Notes under the pieces: generated by a model
The model's database searches: none
What the model was told of the DNA's origin: nothing
The model's input: the letters and a program-made list of their open reading frames with translations, nothing else
NCBI GenBank assembly: GCA_045805745.1
Contig: JBJMKP010000001.1
Span: 86,054-150,053, forward strand
From: Solirubrobacterales bacterium
Lineage (GTDB): Bacteria > Actinomycetota > Thermoleophilia > Solirubrobacterales > 70-9
Length of the DNA stretch: 64,000 nt
Direction: 5' to 3'
Part shown: piece after piece, positions 34,367 through 43,982 of the stretch
Layout of the letters: each line of letters opens with the position of its first letter
Numbering within the stretch: the first letter of the stretch is position 1
Position numbers and translations under genes: made by a program

Positions 34367-35488
34367 ATGAAAGCCATTCCTCGCGCCAGCCACCCACGCT
34401 GGTCCCTCGCGCTCCTCGTCCTCGGCACGATCCTCGCCTTCGCGGCGATCTTCTCGATCTGGGTCAATCGCCAGGCGCTCAACACGGACAACTGGGTCGA
34501 CACCAGCACCCGGCTGATCCAGAACGAAGAGGTGCGGAGCCGGCTCGCCGATTACCTGGCGAACGAACTGACCGCCAACGCCGACATCGAAGGCGGTCTG
34601 AAGGAAGCGCTGCCGCCGAAACTGGCGCCGCTGGCCACCGCCGCGGCGGGCGGCCTCGAGCAGCTGGCGCCGCAGGCGGCCGAACGGCTCTTCGCGACCC
34701 CGCGCTTCGAGGCGCTGTGGGAAGCGGCCAACCGCAAAGCGCACGAAGAGCTACTGCAGGTGCTGAACGGCGGCGGCGGCGCGGTCTCGACCGGGAACGG
34801 GGAAGTGAAGCTGCAGCTCGCCGCCGTCCTCGCCCAGATCGGCAAAGGCTCAGGGGTCGGCGAAGCGCTCGCCAAGAAACTGCCGCCCGAAGCCGGCGAA
34901 ATCACGATCCTCAAGTCGGACGAACTGTCGCTGGCCCAGGACGTCGCCAACCTCCTGCGCAAACTGCCAATCGCGCTGACGCTCGCCGCGCTGCTCTGCT
35001 TCGCGCTCGCCGTCTTCCTCTCGCCGCGCCGGCGCGAGACGCTGCGCTCGGTCGGCTTCGCCTTCGCCGGCGCCGGCCTGCTCTCGCTCGCCCTGCGCGG
35101 CTTCGCCGGCACCTACGTGGTCAGCGGCCTGAGCAAAACGACGGCCGCCGAACCGGCGGTCGAAGCGGTCTGGAGCATCGGCACCTCGGAGCTGGTCACG
35201 ATCGCGACCTCGGCGATCGTCTTCGGCCTGCTCGTTGCGCTCGCCGCCATCCTCGCCGGCCCGACCCGGGCCGCGGTGTGGCTCCGCGGCAACATCGCGC
35301 CCTACGCAGAGCGCAGCCCTGCCGGCCTGTGGGGCGCGGCGCTGCTGATCTTCCTGGCGCTGGTCGCCTGGGCGCCGGTGACGGCCTTCCACAAACCGCT
35401 CGGCTTCCTCGTCTTCGCGCTGCTCTTCGTAGCCGGGACCGAGCTGTTCCGGCGCCAGTTGCTGGAGGAGGGCGGCGGGCGCACCTGA
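34367..35488 (+). CDS. hypothetical membrane protein
   Basis: N-terminal TM helix, helical soluble region, then 4-5 C-terminal TM helices. Confidence 0.65.
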   Translation: MKAIPRASHPRWSLALLVLGTILAFAAIFSIWVNRQALNTDNWVDTSTRLIQNEEVRSRLADYLANELTANADIEGGLKEALPPKLAPLATAAAGGLEQLAPQAAERLFATPRFEALWEAANRKAHEELLQVLNGGGGAVSTGNGEVKLQLAAVLAQIGKGSGVGEALAKKLPPEAGEITILKSDELSLAQDVANLLRKLPIALTLAALLCFALAVFLSPRRRETLRSVGFAFAGAGLLSLALRGFAGTYVVSGLSKTTAAEPAVEAVWSIGTSELVTIATSAIVFGLLVALAAILAGPTRAAVWLRGNIAPYAERSPAGLWGAALLIFLALVAWAPVTAFHKPLGFLVFALLFVAGTELFRRQLLEEGGGRT

Positions 35489-35595
35489 CCGGCGGCGAGG
35501 CTCAGCTTTCCGGTTGTCAGCCGTATGCGTCAGGTCTAGGTTGTCGCTGAGGCGGAAACGTGGAGGCCGTGGCCGCGCGATCGAACGGAGGCGAG

Positions 35596-36126
35596 ATGAC
35601 CGGTGTCGATGTGAGCGATCAGGGCACGGGCGGCGAGGTGCCGGTGCGGGTCGGCGAGATGAAGCTGGAGAGCGTGGTGTTGCCGGTCGCGGACGTCGAC
35701 CGGGCGAAGGAGTTCTACGAACGGCTCGGCTGGCGGCTCGATGCCGACTTTGGCCTCGGCGACGATTTCCGGCTCGTGCAGATGACGCCTCCGGGCTCCG
35801 GCTGCTCGATCCATTTCGGCCAGAACCTGACCACGACAGCCCCCGGCTGCATCGGCGACATCCACCTGGTCGTCGCCGACATCGACGCCGCGCGCGAGGA
35901 CCTGGCCGGGCGCGGAGTCGAGGTGAGCGAGGTCTACCACTGCACCGACGGCTTCGCCTGTCGCTACCGGGACATCGGCAGCCTGCTGCCGGGGACCGGC
36001 CTCGACGCCCGTGACAGCGGTCGCGACCCCGAAGGACGCAGCTATTCCTCGTTCGCTTCCTTCGCCGACCCGGACGGCAACGGCTGGGTGCTGCAAGAGA
36101 TCACGGCCCGGGCACCGGGCCGATGA
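35596..36126 (+). CDS. VOC/glyoxalase family protein
   Basis: LESVVLPVADVDRAKEFYERLGW...DPDGNGWVLQE. ATG after GGAGG; start could instead be 35560 or 35659. Confidence 0.8.
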   Translation: MTGVDVSDQGTGGEVPVRVGEMKLESVVLPVADVDRAKEFYERLGWRLDADFGLGDDFRLVQMTPPGSGCSIHFGQNLTTTAPGCIGDIHLVVADIDAAREDLAGRGVEVSEVYHCTDGFACRYRDIGSLLPGTGLDARDSGRDPEGRSYSSFASFADPDGNGWVLQEITARAPGR

Positions 36127-36144
36127 GGACGAAAGGAGCTGACG

Positions 36145-36327
36145 ATGGAGGTCGAAAGACTGACCACCCTGCTGCGCGAGGCCGAGGACCATCACGGCGA
36201 ATATGAGCCGACGGCCCCGAAGCATCACTGGTCGACCTGGTACGCCGGCTACATCGTCGCGCGCGAGCAGGGGAACGAACCTGAGGAGTCTGTCCGACTC
36301 GCCACCACGCACACCGAGGGAGGCTGA
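36145..36327 (+). CDS. small conserved hypothetical protein (60 aa)
   Basis: GAAAGGAG SD 6 nt upstream. HHWSTWYAGYIV motif. Confidence 0.65.
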   Translation: MEVERLTTLLREAEDHHGEYEPTAPKHHWSTWYAGYIVAREQGNEPEESVRLATTHTEGG

Positions 36328-36372
36328 TGATCGGCGACCCGTTCCCTGCAGACCGGGTGTAGCGTGGCCGGG

Positions 36373-37371
36373 ATGGAGACGGTCCTGGTCAGCGGTGGGT
36401 CGGGGTACCTTGGCGGGCGCTGCGTGGTCGAGCTGCTGCGGCGCGGTTACACGGTGCGGACGACCGTGCGCGACCTCGCCAAGGAGAAAGGCGTGCGGGC
36501 GCGGGTCGCTTCCGAAGTCGATCCCGGCGACCGGCTGACGGTACTTGCCGCTGACCTGCAGTCCGACGACGGATGGGAGCAGGCGGTCGCGGGTTGCGAG
36601 TACGTCCTTCACGTCGCCTCGCCGTTTCCAGCCGCCCAGCCGAAGGACCCCGACGAGTTGATCGTGCCGGCGCGGGAGGGGACGCTGCGGGTTTTGCGGG
36701 CTGCCCTCGATGCCGGCGTCCGCCGCGTCGTCGTCACCTCCTCGGTCGCCGCGGTCCGCGGCAGTGCCGACTCCGCCGCGGCGCCGTTGACCGAGGCGGA
36801 CTGGTCTGACCCCGACGACCCGAAGCTGAGCCCTTACGCCCGCTCGAAGACGATCGCCGAGCGGGCGGCCTGGGACTTGGTGCGGGAGCGTGGGGAGGAG
36901 GAGAGGCTGGCGGTGGTCAACCCCGGCGCGATCCTCGGCCCGGTCCTCGACGGCGAGAGCTCGACCTCCCTGGCGCTGGTCGAGCGTCTGCTGAAAGGGA
37001 TGCCGGGGACGCCGCGGATCGGCTTCAGCGTTGTCGACGTCCGCGACGTCGCCGACCTCCACATCCTGGCGATGACCGCTGCCGAGGCAGGCGGCGAGCG
37101 CTACCTCGCGATCGCCCGCTTCCAATGGATGGCCGACGTCGCCGCGGTCCTGCGCGAGCAGCTCGGGCCGGCAGCGGCGAAGGTGCCGAAGCGCTCGATC
37201 CCGAACTTCGTGGTCCGGGGGATGGCGCTCTTCGATCCAGCCGCCCGCTCGGTCGTCGGCCAGCTCGGCCACCGGGTCGAAGTCTCCAACGCGAAGGCGC
37301 GGGCCCTGGGTTGGGAGCCGCGCCCGGTCGAGGAGACGATCGCCGACTGCGGCAGGAGCCTGGCCGGATGA
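36373..37371 (+). CDS. NAD-dependent epimerase/dehydratase family (aldehyde-reductase-like) protein
   Basis: VSGGSGYLGG Rossmann motif and YARSK catalytic motif. Confidence 0.88.
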   Translation: METVLVSGGSGYLGGRCVVELLRRGYTVRTTVRDLAKEKGVRARVASEVDPGDRLTVLAADLQSDDGWEQAVAGCEYVLHVASPFPAAQPKDPDELIVPAREGTLRVLRAALDAGVRRVVVTSSVAAVRGSADSAAAPLTEADWSDPDDPKLSPYARSKTIAERAAWDLVRERGEEERLAVVNPGAILGPVLDGESSTSLALVERLLKGMPGTPRIGFSVVDVRDVADLHILAMTAAEAGGERYLAIARFQWMADVAAVLREQLGPAAAKVPKRSIPNFVVRGMALFDPAARSVVGQLGHRVEVSNAKARALGWEPRPVEETIADCGRSLAG

Positions 37372-38474
37372 AGATGCGCGCCGCCGTGCTGGAGGGCTTC
37401 GGCGAGCCGCTCGCGGTACAGGAGGTCGAGCTGGCCGAGCCGCGGGCCGGGGAGGTGCTGGTCCGGCTGCACGCCTGCGGCGTCTGCCACACCGATCTCT
37501 ACACCGCCTCGGGCGCCGACCCGTCCGGCTATGCGCCGACCGTGCTGGGCCACGAGGGCGCCGGGGTCGTCGAGGCGGTCGGGCCGGACGTCGGCGCACT
37601 GGCACCGGGCGACCACGTCGTCACCCTCTTCTCGCCCCAGTGCCGCGAGTGCGTCCACTGCCTCGACCCGCGCACCAACCTCTGCCTGGCGATCCGCGAG
37701 GAGCAGAACAAGGGCCACCTGCCCGACGGCACCACGCGGATCTCCCGCGACGGAGAGGAGATCCGCAGCTTCATGGGCTGCTCGACCTTCGCCGAGTACA
37801 CGGTGATGCCGGAAATCGCGCTGGCGAAGGTCAGCCCGGAGGCTCCCTTCGAGCACGCCTGCCTTTTCGCCTGCGGGCTCTCGACCGGGCTCGGCGCCGC
37901 GATCAACACCGCCGCCGTGCAGCCCGGCAGCACCTGCGCCGTCTTCGGCGCCGGCATGGTTGGGCTCGGCGCCATCGCCGGCTGCCGCCTGCAGGGAGCC
38001 GAGCGGATCATCTGCGTCGACCTCTCGCCCGAGCGGCTGGAGCTGGCCCGCGGGCAGGGCGCGACCGACCTGCTCGAGGGTGGGGAGGGGACGGTCGAGC
38101 GGATCCTCGAGATGACCGGCGGCTTCGGCGCCGACTACACCTTCGAGGCGACCGGCAACGTCGCGGTGATGCGCCAGGCCGTCGAAGCGGCGCGCATGGG
38201 GTGGGGGCTCTGCACCGTCGCCGGGGTCGCCGGCCGGGGAGAGACCCTCGACGTCGTCCCCCGCCTGCTGATCACCGGCCGCTGCATCGCTGGCTCCTCC
38301 TTCGGCGGCGTCAAGGGCCGCGATCAGGTCCCGGTCCTGATCGACCGCTACCTGGCCGGGGAGATCGACCTCGACCCCTTCGTCTCCCACCGGATCGGCC
38401 TCGACGAGGTCAACCGTGGCTTCGAGCTGATGGAGGCTCAGGACGGGATCCGCAGCGTGATCGAGTTTTCCTAG
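37368..38474 (+). CDS. zinc-dependent alcohol dehydrogenase, class III / mycothiol-dependent formaldehyde dehydrogenase-like
   Basis: CGVCHTD, GHEGAGVVEAVG, CRECVHC structural zinc site, GAGMVGLG. ATGA overlap with the upstream gene. Confidence 0.9.
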   Translation: MKMRAAVLEGFGEPLAVQEVELAEPRAGEVLVRLHACGVCHTDLYTASGADPSGYAPTVLGHEGAGVVEAVGPDVGALAPGDHVVTLFSPQCRECVHCLDPRTNLCLAIREEQNKGHLPDGTTRISRDGEEIRSFMGCSTFAEYTVMPEIALAKVSPEAPFEHACLFACGLSTGLGAAINTAAVQPGSTCAVFGAGMVGLGAIAGCRLQGAERIICVDLSPERLELARGQGATDLLEGGEGTVERILEMTGGFGADYTFEATGNVAVMRQAVEAARMGWGLCTVAGVAGRGETLDVVPRLLITGRCIAGSSFGGVKGRDQVPVLIDRYLAGEIDLDPFVSHRIGLDEVNRGFELMEAQDGIRSVIEFS

Positions 38475-38511
38475 GGCTTGATCTCTCCGGGCAGCGCGCT
38501 AGATTCCGCCC

Positions 38512-40047
38512 GTGCGCTTCCGGGGTTCACTTCCACTGCTTCTGATCGTCGGCTTGACGCTGCTGCTGGCGCCCGCGGCCTCGGCTCAGAATGAAATCGC
38601 CTACGAGTGCGATCTCGACGTCTGCCTGCTCGACCCGGCCAACCCCGGCGCGGTCACCAACCTCAGCGATAACGGCGAAGCGAGCTACGACGAAAAGCCG
38701 ATTTGGGCGCCGGACGGGACCAAGGTCGCCTTCGTCAGCGACTTCACCGCGACCGGGCACGGGGAGCGGAACGTTTTCGTGATGTCAACGACGGCCACGG
38801 GCGAGGACATCAATCTTGCCACCCAGATCACCCACTACAGCTCCGGCAACAAGAGGATCGATGATCTGGCCTGGTCGCCCGACGGCAGTCGCATCGCCTA
38901 CACGCGCGGCACCAATTCCGGCGACGACAGTGTCTGGGTCGTCAATGCCGACGGGACGACGACCTTCCCGCTGGAGATCGGGGGGACCGGCGCCAAGCGA
39001 CATCCGACCTGGTCCCCGGACAGTTCGAAGATTGCCTATGCGGTGGTCAAAAACGCGCCGGAACAGATCTACGTCACTTCTTCCGGTGGCGGCATTGCCC
39101 CGCCGCTGGCAAACGGCGTCGGCCACGAACCGGTCTGGCAGCCCAATGGCTCGAAGATCGCCTTCGACGCCTACCACTCCGGTGGCTTCGGCTACATCGA
39201 CCTCCACATCGTCAACGCCGACGGCAGCGGATCGCCGCTGATCGTCACGCCCAGCCCCCACACGGAGTGGACGTTCAGCGCCTGGTCTCCTGACGGCGGG
39301 CGGATCGCCTACCGCTCGACGGCCGCCAGCGGCGCGACGGTCTACCGGGTGATGAACGCCGACGGCAGCGGCGATCACCCGCTGGCGAGCCCCGGAGAAG
39401 GCGATGTCCGCTACGCCTCCTGGTCGTCCGACGGCTCGCGGGTGGTCTACGAAGGCGCCCTGCTCGGCGACATCAATGCGCGCAACCTCTACATCGCCAA
39501 CACCGACGGCTCCGGCGGCGCCCAGCCGCTGACCAGCAACGGCAAAAGCAGGTCGCCCTCGTGGCGGGTGGTCAGCTCGACCCCGCAGGCACCGCCACCC
39601 CATCCCGGCGTCGAGAAGCCGAAGGTCGTTTGGATCACGAAACGGATCTTCGTCGGCGGCGGCCGGCCGACCTACGTTGCCAGCTACTTCTGCGGCGCGC
39701 CGAGCTGCTCGGTCTCCACCGAGGGAAAGATGAAGGGTGCTCTGGCCGCCGGACTGAGATTCCGACCCCTGGCGGCTGCGCTCGCCAAACCCAAGCACGG
39801 CAAGAAGAAACCGCCGAAGTGGTTGGTGGTTGGGCGCAGCAAGACGACCATTCCGGGTGGGCAGACTCGCAAGATCGGCATCCGCATCAACAAAACCGGG
39901 CTCGGGATCCTCAAGAAGCACGGCAAGGCGAAGATGAAAGTGACGCTCAAGTCGACGCTCGAGGGCGAACCCGGGGTGATCACCGAATCGCACACGGTGA
40001 CTCTCGTGCTCAAAAAGAAGCCGAATAAGAAGCGAAAAAAACATTAA
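38512..40047 (+). CDS. secreted TolB-like (PD40/WD40-like) beta-propeller protein with lysine-rich C-terminal module
   Basis: Signal peptide LAPAASAQ. At least 6 repeats of W(S/A)PDG(S/T)(K/R)IA(F/Y). Basic C-terminus ending in KKKPNKKRKKH. Confidence 0.85.
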   Translation: MRFRGSLPLLLIVGLTLLLAPAASAQNEIAYECDLDVCLLDPANPGAVTNLSDNGEASYDEKPIWAPDGTKVAFVSDFTATGHGERNVFVMSTTATGEDINLATQITHYSSGNKRIDDLAWSPDGSRIAYTRGTNSGDDSVWVVNADGTTTFPLEIGGTGAKRHPTWSPDSSKIAYAVVKNAPEQIYVTSSGGGIAPPLANGVGHEPVWQPNGSKIAFDAYHSGGFGYIDLHIVNADGSGSPLIVTPSPHTEWTFSAWSPDGGRIAYRSTAASGATVYRVMNADGSGDHPLASPGEGDVRYASWSSDGSRVVYEGALLGDINARNLYIANTDGSGGAQPLTSNGKSRSPSWRVVSSTPQAPPPHPGVEKPKVVWITKRIFVGGGRPTYVASYFCGAPSCSVSTEGKMKGALAAGLRFRPLAAALAKPKHGKKKPPKWLVVGRSKTTIPGGQTRKIGIRINKTGLGILKKHGKAKMKVTLKSTLEGEPGVITESHTVTLVLKKKPNKKRKKH

Positions 40048-40154
40048 GGGCGATTCGGGAAGCACCGGACGTTTGAAAAGTCTGTGTTGCGTGGTACAAG
40101 TACCCAATCTTAGGTAGAGGCGGAGAGAACGAGGGCCGGCGAGGCCGCTGTGGG

Positions 40155-42419
40155 GTGCTGTCGTGGTTGGCGCTGGGTTGCGGTCTGCTCGCCTCGCTCC
40201 TTGCCCCCGGGCTTGTCGCGGCCGCCCCGTCGTTCGACGCCCACGGGAGCGTCGAACAGGTCTACGCGACCGGCCTTCCGGCGGGCGCGCAGGTGTCTCT
40301 CTACGAGAGCGAAGGGCACGAAGTGGCGAGCCGGAACGCGAACGAACTCGGCGGGACGCTCTTCCGCAACGTCGCTCCGGGCTCCGGCTACAGCGTCGGC
40401 CTGACCGCGAACGGGCCGGAATCGGGTCCGCTGCAGGTCCTGACGACTCAGTCGGCCCCGCCCAGCACCGCCCTCTACGGCCAGTCGATCCCCTCCAGCG
40501 GCTACGGGTACCTGACCACCCGCGACGGGACCAAGCTGGCGATCGACGTCCACCCGCCGCAGGACGTGACGCACGTCCTGCCGGGGGTCGAACTGCCGCC
40601 GCTGCCGAGCGGCCCGACGCCGACCCTGATCGAGTACTCCGGCTACGGGTACGCCAATCCGGCCGGGCCGGAGAGCGGGATCTCGATCCTCGCCAACCTG
40701 ATGGGATTCACGGTGGTCGACGTCAACATGCGCGGCACCGGCTGCTCGGGTGGCGCCTACGACTTCTTCGAGCCGCTGCAGAGCCTCGACGGCTACGACG
40801 TGGTCGAGACGATCTCCAACCAGCCTTGGGTCCTGCACCACGAAGTCGGGATGATGGGGATCTCCTACGGCGGCATCAGCCAGCTCTTCACCGCCGCCAC
40901 CCGGCCGCCGCACCTGGCCGCGATCTCACCGCTCTCGGTGATCGATAACACCCAGACGACGCTGTATCCGGGCGGCATCCTCAACACCGGCTTCGCGCTC
41001 GAATGGGCCAAAGAGCGGGTCCACGACGCCGAAGCCGCCTCCGCGACCAGCGGCCAGGCATGGGCGAACAAACGGATCGAAGAAGGCGACCAGACCTGCG
41101 CCGCCGACCAGGCCCTGCATCCCGAGGCGGTCGACCTGCTGAAAAAGGTCGAAGAAAACGACCACTACAAACCCGAGGTCGCCGACCCGCTCTCGCCGAT
41201 CACCTTCGTCGACAAGATCGACGTGCCGACCTTCATGGCCTGCCAGTGGACCGACGAGCAGACCGGCGGCCACTGCCCGACCCTCGTCCGGCACTTCACC
41301 GGGACGAAAAAGAAGTGGTTCACCTTCACCAATGGCACCCACGTCGACTCGCTCGACCCGGCGACCTTCAACCGCTGGTTCGACTTCCTCCAGCTCTATG
41401 TCGCGAAGCGGCCTCCGATCCTTGCCTCGGCGGCGGTCAAAGCCGCGGCGCCGCTCGTCTACCAGGAAGCGATGGGGATACCCGGGGTGACGCTGCCGCT
41501 CGATCCGATCCAGCTGCAGCCGACCTATGGGCTGGCGCTGGCCGCCTTCGAAAACCAGAAGCAGGTCCGGGTCCTCTTCGACAGCGGCGCCGGCGGTCTC
41601 TCCCCGGGCCGTCCCTACCCCGGCTTCGAGAAGTCCTTCGACTCGCTGCCCGTTCCCGGCACCCAGGCCAAGGCCTGGTACCTCTCGCCGGGGGGCAGCT
41701 TGAGCAGTGCACCGCCCGCCGCCGCCCAGGCCGACGAATTCACTTGGGACGCAGGCGCGCTGCCGCGGACCGACTTCAGCGGCGATACCGCCGCCGGTGA
41801 AGGCGGCCTCTGGACCGCCCTGCCCGAATACCACTGGGCGCAGAGCCCGGCGGGGAGCGCCGTCTCCTACCTCACCGCTCCGCTCAGCGCCAGCACCGCG
41901 GTGATCGGCGCCGGGGCCGTGAACCTCTGGGTCCGCTCCTCGACCCCCGACGTCGACCTGCAGGCGACGATCAGTGAGGTGCGGCCCGACGGCAAGGAGA
42001 CCTTCGTCCAGAACGGTTGGGTGCGGGGCAGCGAGCGCAAGCTCGACGCCGAAAAGAGCACCGCGCTGGAGCCGGTCCTGAGCCTGAGGGAAGCCGACGA
42101 ATCGCCGCTGCCTTCCGACCAGTTCGTGCCGGTGACGATCCCGCTCTACTACGAGGGCCACGCCTACCGCGCCGGCTCGCGGATACGGGTGACGATCGCC
42201 GCCCCGAACGGCACCCAGCCGATCTGGGCCTTCGACCACACCAAGCCCGAAGGCACCGCCCAGGTTGCGATCGCCTATGGCGCCGGCACTCCATCCAACC
42301 TCCTGCTTCCGGTCGTGCCCGGGGTCAGCGTGCCGACCGGCTTGCCGCCCTGCCCCGGACTGCGGGGAGAGCCGTGCCGCGCCTACGAAGCCGTCGCGAA
42401 CCAGCCGGCAGCGCCCTGA
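40155..42419 (+). CDS. CocE/NonD family hydrolase (X-Pro dipeptidyl-peptidase S15-like), secreted
   Basis: Signal peptide, VNMRGTGCSGG and GISYGG nucleophile motif. Confidence 0.85.
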   Translation: MLSWLALGCGLLASLLAPGLVAAAPSFDAHGSVEQVYATGLPAGAQVSLYESEGHEVASRNANELGGTLFRNVAPGSGYSVGLTANGPESGPLQVLTTQSAPPSTALYGQSIPSSGYGYLTTRDGTKLAIDVHPPQDVTHVLPGVELPPLPSGPTPTLIEYSGYGYANPAGPESGISILANLMGFTVVDVNMRGTGCSGGAYDFFEPLQSLDGYDVVETISNQPWVLHHEVGMMGISYGGISQLFTAATRPPHLAAISPLSVIDNTQTTLYPGGILNTGFALEWAKERVHDAEAASATSGQAWANKRIEEGDQTCAADQALHPEAVDLLKKVEENDHYKPEVADPLSPITFVDKIDVPTFMACQWTDEQTGGHCPTLVRHFTGTKKKWFTFTNGTHVDSLDPATFNRWFDFLQLYVAKRPPILASAAVKAAAPLVYQEAMGIPGVTLPLDPIQLQPTYGLALAAFENQKQVRVLFDSGAGGLSPGRPYPGFEKSFDSLPVPGTQAKAWYLSPGGSLSSAPPAAAQADEFTWDAGALPRTDFSGDTAAGEGGLWTALPEYHWAQSPAGSAVSYLTAPLSASTAVIGAGAVNLWVRSSTPDVDLQATISEVRPDGKETFVQNGWVRGSERKLDAEKSTALEPVLSLREADESPLPSDQFVPVTIPLYYEGHAYRAGSRIRVTIAAPNGTQPIWAFDHTKPEGTAQVAIAYGAGTPSNLLLPVVPGVSVPTGLPPCPGLRGEPCRAYEAVANQPAAP

Positions 42420-43062
42420 TCGACTCAGACGCAATTCGCAGGGGGACCTGCAGGCGCGAGCGGAGCTCGACCACCCGCTGATCCTCGTCGTAGCGCCCCT
42501 CGTCGCCACCGACCAGGACCACCTCGGTCGCCGGGAAGCTCCGCAGGGTGTCTTCGACCGCCTGCACCAGGTCCTCGTCGCCGCTGCGCGTCGTTGCGGC
42601 GATACCTGCGGAGGCCAGAGCGGCGCGGCTAAGCGCGAGGGTTTGCTCCGCACGCTCGCGGGCGGGCCCGAGGTCTGAGGTCCAGCGGTCGAGGCGCGAG
42701 GTGGCGCAGGGAACGAGCAGGAGGACGTCGGGCGCGAAGACGTCCGCCGGGCCGGTCCGGGTCGCCGCGACCGCGGCCTGGATCTCGACGGGAGACTCCA
42801 GCGGCCGCTCCAGCACCAGCAGCACGTGACGGCAGAGGTCCGCCGCGACCGGGGGCACGATCGGACCCAGCGGTGGCTTGCGAGCGGCGAGCACCAGAAT
42901 CGAGGCCGCGGCGGCGGCTCCAATTGCCATCCCGAGGCCGGGTCCGCCGAGGTAGAAGCCGGCGACGATCGAGGTCGAGATCGCAGCGACGATCAGCGGC
43001 AGCTTCCAGGCCGCCAGCGTCGGCTTTCCCGATCCCTCCTCAACGACACCCACATGATTCAT
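42325..43062 (-). CDS. membrane-anchored hypothetical protein (USP-like C-terminal half?)
   Basis: AAGGGAG SD 6 nt before the ATG at 43062. Two N-terminal TM helices. The 3' end overlaps the convergent gene by 95 nt. Confidence 0.55.
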   Translation of the reverse strand: MNHVGVVEEGSGKPTLAAWKLPLIVAAISTSIVAGFYLGGPGLGMAIGAAAAASILVLAARKPPLGPIVPPVAADLCRHVLLVLERPLESPVEIQAAVAATRTGPADVFAPDVLLLVPCATSRLDRWTSDLGPARERAEQTLALSRAALASAGIAATTRSGDEDLVQAVEDTLRSFPATEVVLVGGDEGRYDEDQRVVELRSRLQVPLRIASESIRALPAGSRRLRRRGTALPAVRGRAASRSAR

Positions 43063-43172
43063 GCCTTGCTCCCTTCCCGCGCTCACCGTAGCGATCCTCT
43101 GGGCGGGCATCAAGACCTCCGTGCGTTGCGGGTGAGGAGCCATCGGTCGCCGGCCAACTAGGATCGGGCTCC

Positions 43173-43649
43173 ATGCTTCCCGACCCCGCCGCCCTGCCGT
43201 TCGTCGACGAGCACGGCGTTGAGATCGCGGCGCCGCCCGAGGTTGTCTGGGAGTCGGTCCGCCGGGTCGCCGAAGGATCGTTCTCCTCGCCGGCCACCTC
43301 GCGCGTCGCCGGCCTGCTCGGCTGCGAGCCGGCCGCGGCATCGGGACCGCGGCCGCTGGCGGAGGGCTCGACCATCCCCGGCTTCGCCGTCGCCCGCGCC
43401 GAGCCGGACTCGGAGCTGGCGCTGGTCGGCCGCCACCGCTACTCCGAATACGCGCTCGTCTTCCACCTCGAAGCCAGCGGCGGGGGGACCCGGCTGCGGG
43501 CCGAGACCCGGGCCCTGTTTCCCGGCGTCTCCGGTCGCATCTATCGCACTGCTGTGATCGGCACCCGCGGCCACGTGCTGGTGACGCGGCGGCTGCTGGG
43601 CGCCGTCAAGCGGCGAGCCGAGAAATCGTTCCGAGCCGCCGCTATCTAG
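43173..43649 (+). CDS. SRPBCC (polyketide cyclase/dehydrase-like) family protein
   Basis: IAAPPEVVWESVRRV N-terminus and size are typical of SRPBCC. Confidence 0.7.
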   Translation: MLPDPAALPFVDEHGVEIAAPPEVVWESVRRVAEGSFSSPATSRVAGLLGCEPAAASGPRPLAEGSTIPGFAVARAEPDSELALVGRHRYSEYALVFHLEASGGGTRLRAETRALFPGVSGRIYRTAVIGTRGHVLVTRRLLGAVKRRAEKSFRAAAI

Positions 43650-43900
43650 GAATCGCGGAGCTCGTCGAGGCTCTTGACCTCGAGGTCGAACGGTTCGTCG
43701 GCGGCGCGGCGGCGGCGGTAGGGGGAGACGGTGACGCGATGGGTTTCGCCGCAGGGGCAGGGGACCTCGATCGGGCTGGTGTCGGAGGAGGGGTCGGTGT
43801 CGACTTTCAGCCGGCGGAGGGTGCCGGTGGTTTTGCAGCCGAAGGAGATGACCCAGCCGTAGTCCTCGGGTTCCTTGCGTTTGCCTCGGCGTTGGTGCAT
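43646..43900 (-). CDS. small Cys-containing (zinc-ribbon-like) basic protein
   Basis: AAGGA SD 7 nt upstream of the ATG at 43900. FGCKTTG...CPCGETH. High GC3. Confidence 0.6.
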   Translation of the reverse strand: MHQRRGKRKEPEDYGWVISFGCKTTGTLRRLKVDTDPSSDTSPIEVPCPCGETHRVTVSPYRRRRAADEPFDLEVKSLDELRDS

Positions 43901-43982
43901 TCGCACATCCTTTCGTTTTCGCCGGCGGACGGGCATCCGGGGGTTGGTAAGGGAATCCGATCCGCGGCCCGAATAGAGAGGA

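Noticed and set aside
35536-37605. 689-aa minus-strand ORF
   Set aside because: It lies antisense to four well-supported plus-strand genes (VOC, small protein, epimerase, ADH) and has low-complexity R/P/A composition.
40926-42923. 665-aa minus-strand ORF
   Set aside because: It lies antisense to the CocE/NonD hydrolase gene. Only its extreme upstream portion is in a different frame from the real minus gene 42325..43062.
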